From: an uncultured Lachnospiraceae bacterium
GTDB taxonomy: Bacteria > Bacillota > Clostridia > Lachnospirales > Lachnospiraceae
Direction: 5' to 3'
DNA: 64,000 nt
NCBI GenBank assembly: GCA_910586955.1
Contig: CAJUMM010000003.1
Location: forward strand, 8,553-72,552
The notes beneath the pieces were generated by a model, which was not told where the DNA came from, searched no databases, and saw only the letters and a list, made by a program, of their open reading frames with translations. Of the stretch, positions 56,998 through 64,000 are shown piece after piece. Each line of letters begins with the position of its first letter. Position 1 is the stretch's first letter. The position numbers were made by a program, and so were the translations under genes.

Positions 56998-57414
56998 TTA
57001 CTCTAAAATTCCAAGCTCCTTCATCCAGGCATTTACGTCGATCATGGCTTCCCTGGAGGGGGTGAGCGTCCCCTCGCAAAGTCCGGCTGCACTGGCGTCC
57101 TCTCCCAGCTGGCTCACCACATCAATTACCATGGGAAGGTTCATCCCCGTCATATGACGGAACCGGTAGTGCTCCATCAGACGGCTTACACAGTTAAAAG
57201 GCGTGCCATTGGGAATGTCCGTCATAACAATGGCCTCCCCCACAGCCAGGGCTTCTTTCAGCTTCTCCTCCACCTTTGCCGTCAAATCTTCCACTCCGTC
57301 TTCCGGCTCAAAGGTAATGGATGTAAGGTCCGGCTGTTCTCCAATGAGCATCGTGGTGCTCTCCACCATTCCCTTGGCCATACCGCCGTGGGAGACTAAA
57401 ATTACTGTAATCAT
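56998..57414 (-). CDS. PTS mannose/fructose/sorbose family EIIA
   Basis: ILVSHGGMAKG, TDIPNGTPFN, TGMNLPM. Confidence 0.9.
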   Translation of the reverse strand: MITVILVSHGGMAKGMVESTTMLIGEQPDLTSITFEPEDGVEDLTAKVEEKLKEALAVGEAIVMTDIPNGTPFNCVSRLMEHYRFRHMTGMNLPMVIDVVSQLGEDASAAGLCEGTLTPSREAMIDVNAWMKELGILE

Positions 57415-57437
57415 CTGCTGCCACCTCTCTTTGTCTT

Positions 57438-57863
57438 CTACCTCGTCTTCTTCCATTTAGACGCCACATACTCCTGCATATTTTTACACAGCTTTGAGTT
57501 CTGGTAAATATCTGCCGCCATGGACATCTGAAGTTTCAGGGTACATACCGTCCCGTTGTCATTATAGGAAAGGAGCACCTGCCCGAAAACATCCCGGAGA
57601 GCACCCTTCTCTCCTATCCCAATCCTGCGCCCTGTCTCCTCGTCCACCAGCTCCAGGCCCAGGACACTGGCATAAGGGATCATCACGGAACAAAAAGACG
57701 CCTCGTCCCCGTCTGCGGACCGGATGACAATAGCTTTCTCCAAGGTCCGGACGTGAACCACCGCCTGTTCCGGATTTAAAGGATCCCCGCCCAGATATAT
57801 CATCTCATACTGCCAGCCCAGCACATCCTGCTTTTTCCGCATCCATCCTTTTTCTTTTCCCAT
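57438..57863 (-). CDS. Hypothetical protein within the PTS operon
   Basis: GAGG RBS; fills the gap between the esterase and EIIA; no recognised motif. Confidence 0.6.
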   Translation of the reverse strand: MGKEKGWMRKKQDVLGWQYEMIYLGGDPLNPEQAVVHVRTLEKAIVIRSADGDEASFCSVMIPYASVLGLELVDEETGRRIGIGEKGALRDVFGQVLLSYNDNGTVCTLKLQMSMAADIYQNSKLCKNMQEYVASKWKKTR

Positions 57864-57873
57864 CCGCCTGTCC

Positions 57874-58776
57874 TCATTTTTTCTGCCAGTGAAGCTTTTC
57901 CCGCAGGAAACCTTCCACGATGTCCATAACCTGCGCCGTCCAGAAGGGAGCGCCTCCGTGAGCGGCATTGTGAATGCGGTACATCAGGGCATCCTTACCC
58001 GCTTTTTTCATTTCCCGGTACAGGATTACGCTCTGCTCAAAACTGCAGCTCTTGTCCTTATCTCCATGGAAGATCAGCACTGCCGGAGTATCCGGCCCCT
58101 CCAGGTAGGAGGTGGGGCTTGCCTCCCTGGCCAAATCCAGATGTTCTTTCACGGGCACCCCTAAGACCTGATCAAGATGCTCGGTGGAACCGGAATGGTA
58201 GTCAATCATGGCCGGGAGATAGGAAGGCCCGTAATAATCTACCACTGCCCGGATCTTCACGCTTTCCTGGCGGTACTTGGGCATTAAAGCCATCAAAAGC
58301 ACCGTGTGGGCCCCGGAAGAGCTGCCCCAGACGGCGGTCTTCGAGGTATCCCAGCCCATGTCCTCTGCATGGTCCGCCAGGAACCTTAAGGCTCTCCACC
58401 CGTCATCCGGCTGCTCCGGGAAATGATGCTCCGGCGCCGGACGGTACTGGGCACTGGCAACGATAAATCCCCGCCGGGCCATTTCCACCAGCTGGGGAAT
58501 CCCCGGCGTCACACTCTGTTTCTGCCACGCAGAGCCCCGGACAAACAAAATCAAGGGCCGTTTCTCCTCCCCGTTTCCTATAGAAGGAAGCAAAAGCTGG
58601 AGTTTCAGGGAGGTCCCCTCCACATTTGCAAATTCAATATCCTGAATATATTTTACAATCTTGACCTGGGAGAAATCCGCCTCCAGCTGTCTCATGCCCT
58701 CTTCTGCCAGCGGGGATGCTTCCATGTCGTCAGCCGGAATGCTCCAACACTCATTTTCCGAACGAAGATTCACCAT
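57874..58776 (-). CDS. Alpha/beta hydrolase (HSL-like esterase)
   Basis: FVRGSAW oxyanion region, WGSSSGAH nucleophile elbow, FHGDKD, AAHG. Confidence 0.88.
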   Translation of the reverse strand: MVNLRSENECWSIPADDMEASPLAEEGMRQLEADFSQVKIVKYIQDIEFANVEGTSLKLQLLLPSIGNGEEKRPLILFVRGSAWQKQSVTPGIPQLVEMARRGFIVASAQYRPAPEHHFPEQPDDGWRALRFLADHAEDMGWDTSKTAVWGSSSGAHTVLLMALMPKYRQESVKIRAVVDYYGPSYLPAMIDYHSGSTEHLDQVLGVPVKEHLDLAREASPTSYLEGPDTPAVLIFHGDKDKSCSFEQSVILYREMKKAGKDALMYRIHNAAHGGAPFWTAQVMDIVEGFLREKLHWQKK

Positions 58777-59168
58777 TCTTCCCCCTCTATTTTTTGAAGT
58801 ATCATGCCGGCCTCCATGGTGCAGGCAATATCAAAATAGTACCGCCGGCCGGCCTCTGCCTTTATATTTAACACCGGACTGGCCAATCCGTCCAGCTTTA
58901 CATACACTTTGTGAAAACCCGGCGGGCAGAGAATCCCGCACTGGGCGTCCAGGCCAATCCGGTATACCTCACTGCCATCCAGGAAGATCCGGAATTTCCT
59001 GGCGTTCCCCCGGATGCAGTGTTCCCGGAGAAAAGACAGCATGGCCTCACCGCTCTCTTCCAGCTCCTTCTCATCTACCGGATCGAACCGCTCCAAAAGA
59101 TTTGCAGCCGGCCGGTATGTATCCGGATGAGCCTTCAGCATCTGTCCCAGTTTATCCAGAAATCCCAT
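58770..59168 (-). CDS. Hypothetical protein within the PTS operon
   Basis: AGGAGG RBS; stop overlaps the esterase start; beta-rich C-terminus. Confidence 0.6.
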   Translation of the reverse strand: MGFLDKLGQMLKAHPDTYRPAANLLERFDPVDEKELEESGEAMLSFLREHCIRGNARKFRIFLDGSEVYRIGLDAQCGILCPPGFHKVYVKLDGLASPVLNIKAEAGRRYYFDIACTMEAGMILQKIEGEEW

Positions 59169-59276
59169 AAAACGCCTCCTTTTTGGCTGTCCCTGTAGAG
59201 AAAGAGGCGGCTTCTAAAGCTGTAATGCCTCCCTTAAGCCGCCTCTCTCCATCACTTTGTATACTCTGCCATGCAG

Positions 59277-60101
59277 TTAAGCACTGAAAATTCCCAGCAG
59301 GCCGAACAGAATGCCGGCCACAATCATAACCAGGATAATATGAAGGGATTTCTTTCCTTTGCGCAGCGCCTGTACGCATCCCAGAGTCAGCAAAAGAGGC
59401 AGAAGCTTGGGACAGATTGCGTCAAACAATGCCGTCTGGATGTTAAATTCCGTTCCGCTGATGGTGAAATTCAGGGCGCACTGGAGGTTTACATAATTTA
59501 CAATCAAACCGCCCATCACGCAGCAGCCTACAATACCGGCCGCATTCATAATCTTATCCAGAGTTCCCGCCGCCATCACGTCCACGATGGCGTCGCCGCC
59601 CTTATTGTAGCCAACCTTAAAGCAGAGCCACATACAGCCAATCATAATGGCATACATGAGCACCGCATAGATCACGGGACCAAGAACTAAGCCATTGTTG
59701 GTCAGGTCGATACACAGAGCCAGGAGAATGGGAATGATAATACCCTGAATCAGGGAATCACCGATACCTGCCAGGGGGCCCATGAGAGCGGATTTCAGGC
59801 CTACAATCTGGTCTGCGTCGCAGTCTGCGCCTGCAGCTACCTGCTCCTCCATGGCGATGGTTACGCCGTGGATTACCGTACCTACCTCAGGCTCCGTATT
59901 CAAAAATGTCAGATGACGGGTGAGCACCGCTTTCTGCTTCTCTATATCCGAGGGATACAACTCTTTCACTACCGGAACCATGGAATACATGAATCCCATG
60001 CCGTGCATGAACTCGTAGTTTCCGCCTACTGCACAGGACAAAAACCAGTTTACAATGGATCTTTTTTGGGCTTTCTGCGAAACCTTTACCAATTCAGCCA
60101 T
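59277..60101 (-). CDS. PTS mannose family EIID
   Basis: NYEFMHGMGF, RHLTFLNTEP, LMGPLAGIGDS. Confidence 0.93.
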   Translation of the reverse strand: MAELVKVSQKAQKRSIVNWFLSCAVGGNYEFMHGMGFMYSMVPVVKELYPSDIEKQKAVLTRHLTFLNTEPEVGTVIHGVTIAMEEQVAAGADCDADQIVGLKSALMGPLAGIGDSLIQGIIIPILLALCIDLTNNGLVLGPVIYAVLMYAIMIGCMWLCFKVGYNKGGDAIVDVMAAGTLDKIMNAAGIVGCCVMGGLIVNYVNLQCALNFTISGTEFNIQTALFDAICPKLLPLLLTLGCVQALRKGKKSLHIILVMIVAGILFGLLGIFSA

Positions 60102-60838
60102 TATGCCACCTCCGTTTTATTGCGATAGAAATAGATAACCGCTCCTACAAAGCCAATGAGTGCGATGGGGATAAGGCCAAGCTCCAGGTATGCGGCGGCG
60201 ATAAAGCCTACCAGCAGCCAGATGCGGGCTTCTCCCTTGAAGATAAAGGAAAGGTTGATGGCAATACCTACTGCCGGGAGCATGCCGCCAATCAGGGATA
60301 CTACCGTCAGGGCTTTGCCCATAAGCACGTCCGCCAGGGCGTATACCAGATCCGCTCCGAAATATGCACACAGCATACAGGGGATTGCGTATCCGATAAA
60401 GGTAATGATCAAAGGCAATAACCATACGGGAATCCAAAGGCCGTTAATCTTTCCGTCATCGATAAACTTCTGGCACAGATGGCCGCATGCGGACATCACG
60501 GTCATCAGCATGGTGTAAAGAGCGATGGCAACCAGGCCTACGGGAACCGCCAGCACCAGGGCCGCATCCATATCAAGGCCCGTGGCCAGAACAAATGCAG
60601 TACTCAGAACGCCTGCCGCACAGGGGTCTGCGGGGGAAGCTCCGCCGGCTCCGATCCACCCTAAGTAAATCATGTTAATCTGGGCACCGATCATAGCGCC
60701 TTCCAAGGGATTTCCAAATACCAGTCCTACCAGAAATCCTGCTACCAAAGGTTTACTGAACACAAAGTAGGCTCTTGCAAACGAACAGTTACCGATCCAG
60801 TAAATGACGCCGCATAAAAATGCCTGAAAAAATGTCAT
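60101..60838 (-). CDS. PTS mannose family EIIC
   Basis: PLVAGFLVGLVFG, IYLG..GAGGASPAD, GGMLPAVGIA. Confidence 0.92.
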   Translation of the reverse strand: MTFFQAFLCGVIYWIGNCSFARAYFVFSKPLVAGFLVGLVFGNPLEGAMIGAQINMIYLGWIGAGGASPADPCAAGVLSTAFVLATGLDMDAALVLAVPVGLVAIALYTMLMTVMSACGHLCQKFIDDGKINGLWIPVWLLPLIITFIGYAIPCMLCAYFGADLVYALADVLMGKALTVVSLIGGMLPAVGIAINLSFIFKGEARIWLLVGFIAAAYLELGLIPIALIGFVGAVIYFYRNKTEVA

Positions 60839-60876
60839 AACAATCTCCTCCTGTTTTTACTTCCGCTGTTTTGTTT

Positions 60877-61371
60877 TTACTTCTTTAAGAGTTTCGCCAG
60901 ATCTACCGGCGCATTGTCAATGGCAAGCTGGTACACCATCTCGACGCCTCCGTCTATCAGCGCACCCATAGCTTCCTTCTCGCTCTCGCTTGCATAGAGA
61001 TCCCGGATCAGCCGGGTGCGCTTGCCATACTTATTTCCGCTGACCGCCGCAGATCCGCAGATGATTTTGTCATAGGCTGCTCCCTGCTCCCGCATGCGCA
61101 GAAAGCTCTGGGCGCATTTGGTGAGCAGCATGACCTTCTCGTTTGCCGGAGAGTCCTCCTTCAAATATGTAATCGCTTCTTCCACGGTCAGAATCTTAAG
61201 CTCCGTTCCTGCCGGCTTCATTCCCATAAAAATCTTACAGGTAAATTTGTCGTTCACAAGATCGTCATCCGCCAACACGATCACATTTGCATGGGTTGCC
61301 TGCATCCACTTGGTGCATACCTGTCCATGCAGCATCCGCTCGTCAATCCGAGCCAGGACTACGTTCCTCAT
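60877..61371 (-). CDS. PTS mannose family EIIB
   Basis: ARIDERMLHGQV phosphorylation motif. Confidence 0.92.
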   Translation of the reverse strand: MRNVVLARIDERMLHGQVCTKWMQATHANVIVLADDDLVNDKFTCKIFMGMKPAGTELKILTVEEAITYLKEDSPANEKVMLLTKCAQSFLRMREQGAAYDKIICGSAAVSGNKYGKRTRLIRDLYASESEKEAMGALIDGGVEMVYQLAIDNAPVDLAKLLKK

Positions 61372-61395
61372 AAGCTCCCTCCTTTCTCTGGTTAT

Positions 61396-62223
61396 TTACG
61401 CCTTTCCCACAGAACCGCACAGCTCCATGTGATGCTCTGCAACTGCTTTTACACCTGCCCCCAGCTTATCATACAGATCGTAGGGAGCCCATGTGCGCCA
61501 CTGCTCGGGCAAAGTTTCTGTATAGTTCTTATAGCTGTCCAGCGCACCTGTGTACAGCTCATAAGCAACATTCAGTTTATTGATTCCCATACTGCAGGCT
61601 TTCTTTAAGTTCTCGTCTCCGGTGCCGGAACCGCCATGGAGTACCAGGGGAACGGGAACCAGATCCCGAAGCTCCTGAAGGAGCTCAAACTGAAGCTTGG
61701 GCGTATCCTTGTACGCACCGTGGGCCGTTCCGATAGCAACTGCCAGAGCATCCACCCCTGTCTCCTGCACGAAAGCCAGGGCTTCGTCCGGGCGGGTAAA
61801 TACGCTCTCGTCCCCCATGGCCACATGGCCCAGCTCCGCCTCCACACCCATGCCGCAGGCGTGGGCAATCTTCGTCAATTCTTTTACCTGGGCAGCATTT
61901 TCCTCAAAGGAAAGCTTGGAGCGGTCTACCATAATATCCGTAAAGCCTGCATGAATGGCCCAGATGGCATGCTCATACTCTGCGCCGTGATCCAGGATGA
62001 TGGATACGGGAACGCTTGCAGCCGCCGCCTGCTCCCTGGCCCATTTGCCGAAACGCATAATGTCATTCTTTCCATACATAAACAGCATGATTACCGGGGA
62101 GCGCTTCTCCTGGGCCGCCTCCAGACAGGCCATAAAATTAATCTCATTTCCGATGCCCAGAGCGGGAACACAGTAGTTCTCGGCTTTGGCCTTGGTTAAA
62201 ATATCTTTCAAATTTGCTAACAT
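61396..62223 (-). CDS. Class II (Zn) ketose-phosphate aldolase
   Basis: LDHG, GVEAELGHV, AIGTAHG, PLVLHGGSG, KLNV. Confidence 0.92.
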   Translation of the reverse strand: MLANLKDILTKAKAENYCVPALGIGNEINFMACLEAAQEKRSPVIMLFMYGKNDIMRFGKWAREQAAAASVPVSIILDHGAEYEHAIWAIHAGFTDIMVDRSKLSFEENAAQVKELTKIAHACGMGVEAELGHVAMGDESVFTRPDEALAFVQETGVDALAVAIGTAHGAYKDTPKLQFELLQELRDLVPVPLVLHGGSGTGDENLKKACSMGINKLNVAYELYTGALDSYKNYTETLPEQWRTWAPYDLYDKLGAGVKAVAEHHMELCGSVGKA

Positions 62224-62242
62224 AACGAATCTCCTTTGCTTT

Positions 62243-63283
62243 TTATTTATACTCGATGATGCAGCGGAAGGTATCCGGGCGAAGGGCTGTCTCGAAAGCC
62301 TCCGTGCATTCTTCCGGTGAAAATACGCCGCTTACCAGTTTGGAAGGATCGATGATGCCCTTGGTAAGGCAGTTTACAGATTCCGTAAAGGAGCGGACGC
62401 TGGGGCTCTTGGTTCCTGTAATGCGGATGCCCTTGTTGTGGATGTATCCCACATCCATGGGAATATCCTTTCCGGAATGAATGGAGCTGTACATCACCAC
62501 CGTTCCCTTGGGAGCCGTCATCTTCACCGCCTGCTCCGCCACTGCTGCCACCGCCGTGGTGTTGAAGACCGCCTCCGCTCCCATGCCCTCCGTGAGATCT
62601 TTTACGTACTGCACGGCGTCTGTCTCCATAGGATTAAAGGTTACGTCGCAGCCAAGCTCTTCGGCCAGCTCCCGGCGCTTGGGATCGATCTCGCTCATAA
62701 TCACATAGGCGCCCCGGGCCTTTGCACACATTACATGAAGCTGTCCCATGATGCCGCCGCCGATGACTACCACATTGTCCCCCAGGTTAATAGGCGCCTG
62801 GTTGATACTCTGGATAACACATCCCAGAGGCTCCGCAAATACGGCCTTCTCCGTAGGCATATCGTCAGGCACAAAGTAAACCTGATCCAGATTCAGCCGC
62901 AGGTACTCCCCCAGTCCCCCTGTTCCGGGAATCTCATAGCCCTCGTCAATATCGTCCGCCATCTTGCACAAATTTTCCATGCCGTGACGGCAGAAATAAC
63001 ATTTTCCGCAGGGCTTCTTAATGAGATTTGCCACAATCTTTTTACCGACAGGATATACTTTGGGATCCACTCCCTCCCCAATCTCTGCAATCTCTCCTGC
63101 AACCTCATGCCCTCCTACAAAAGGAGGCGTAATATACTTAATGACTCCCGAATACATGCGCTGTTCCCAGGTACATAAAGCACACCCGTTCACTTTCATC
63201 ATAATCTGGTTTTTTCCCAGTGCAGGCTTCTTCGTTTCCAGTACTTCCGCCTTGCGCTCACCTGTAATCGCTACTACTCTCAT
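62243..63283 (-). CDS. Zn-dependent alcohol/sugar dehydrogenase (MDR)
   Basis: ALCTWE, GGHE, CGKCYFC..G..NLC, IGGGIMG; start ATG 63283 with AAGGAG RBS. Confidence 0.92.
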   Translation of the reverse strand: MRVVAITGERKAEVLETKKPALGKNQIMMKVNGCALCTWEQRMYSGVIKYITPPFVGGHEVAGEIAEIGEGVDPKVYPVGKKIVANLIKKPCGKCYFCRHGMENLCKMADDIDEGYEIPGTGGLGEYLRLNLDQVYFVPDDMPTEKAVFAEPLGCVIQSINQAPINLGDNVVVIGGGIMGQLHVMCAKARGAYVIMSEIDPKRRELAEELGCDVTFNPMETDAVQYVKDLTEGMGAEAVFNTTAVAAVAEQAVKMTAPKGTVVMYSSIHSGKDIPMDVGYIHNKGIRITGTKSPSVRSFTESVNCLTKGIIDPSKLVSGVFSPEECTEAFETALRPDTFRCIIEYK

Positions 63284-63572
63284 CTTGAGTCTCCTTTCTT
63301 CCATCAGGCTTTCCAAAAGCCCCTTCTTAATTTACTTCAACTATACCATTTCCCAGCCCTCTTTCGAAATACCAAAGCACTTCCGTATCAATAGGGAAAA
63401 AATGTACAAATTAACTATTCATGCCTGGATTTCCCGCTTTTCTTTATGTGTTATCCCAATAGAGGAATGAAATTGTCCCTTTTTCACAGGCAATTCGACC
63501 AAACATCTTATTGATTTCGTCATGGTTCCATACTATAATGAAGCTCATCAGCCAGAAAGAGAGGAAGACATT

Positions 63573-64000
63573 ATGGATTTACAGATTGGCGGAAGATATG
63601 CCGTTATCACCGGCGGCACCAAAGGAATCGGGGCAGGAATCGCCAAAGTCCTGGCGGAAGAAGGCGTGAACCTGGCCCTGGCCTACCGTTCGGACCGGGA
63701 GGGGGCAGAAGAGTTTGCCCAATCCCTTGAGGAGCATTACAACATTAAGGCAGCCGCCATACAGGCGGATCTTACCGACCCTGCCCAGGCTCAGGCCTTT
63801 TACCGGGAGGTTCTTTCCATTTACCCCACTACGGATATTCTCATCAACAACGCTGCCGGAGGAAGCCCGGACGGCACGCCCTTTGAAGACCTCACCCTGG
63901 AACAGTGGCAATCCTGCATGGACGGCTGCCTGTCCCACGTCTTCACCATGTCCCAGCTCTTTGTGCGGGAATGCAGGCGGGCCGGTCACGGCGGACACAT
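63573..64000 (+). CDS. SDR family oxidoreductase, N-terminal part (runs off the window end)
   Basis: MDLQIGGRYAVITGGTKGIGAGIAK...DILINNAAG; GAGGAAG RBS; TTGATT..TATAAT promoter-like sequence upstream. Confidence 0.9.
   Translation, partial: MDLQIGGRYAVITGGTKGIGAGIAKVLAEEGVNLALAYRSDREGAEEFAQSLEEHYNIKAAAIQADLTDPAQAQAFYREVLSIYPTTDILINNAAGGSPDGTPFEDLTLEQWQSCMDGCLSHVFTMSQLFVRECRRAGHGGH

Noticed and set aside
63579..63998. 139-aa minus-strand ORF at the window end
   Set aside because: It is antisense to the real plus-strand SDR gene starting at 63573.

Overview
A 64 kb chromosomal window that looks like a Lachnospiraceae/Clostridiales gut bacterium, inferred from gene content, sigmaA-type promoters and GGAGG ribosome-binding sites. 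It is mostly housekeeping and nutrient-uptake genes: gltB (partial), a TPP riboswitch with thiT, argS, xth, a GT2/GtrA cell-envelope operon, a GntR/YtrA ABC operon, rarA, a galactose locus (galK, YesN/YesM-like two-component system, sensory binding protein, mglBAC), a polar amino-acid ABC transporter, uppP, hom, a radical SAM/DUF4130 pair with SOS boxes, MATE, trkAH, a Zn-macrodomain protein and a mannose-family PTS catabolic cluster. I found no rRNA, tRNA, CRISPR array, integrase or transposase. The most unusual signals are non-coding: (i) a family of ~102-111 bp hairpin repeats occurring as tandem doublets at two loci (47.4 kb and 52.5 kb), plus other large structured intergenic elements (3.2 kb, 15.2 kb, 49 kb); (ii) a G10-containing leader peptide and terminator upstream of a glycosyltransferase that also carries an in-frame TAG; (iii) a candidate sRNA with an exposed anti-SD motif at 32.7 kb. 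Coding candidates of interest are an AT-richer DUF3990 (ADP-ribosyltransferase-like) two-gene module and a kinase-less PTS/esterase/aldolase pathway for an unknown sugar. All family calls come from motif recognition by eye, not from database searches.
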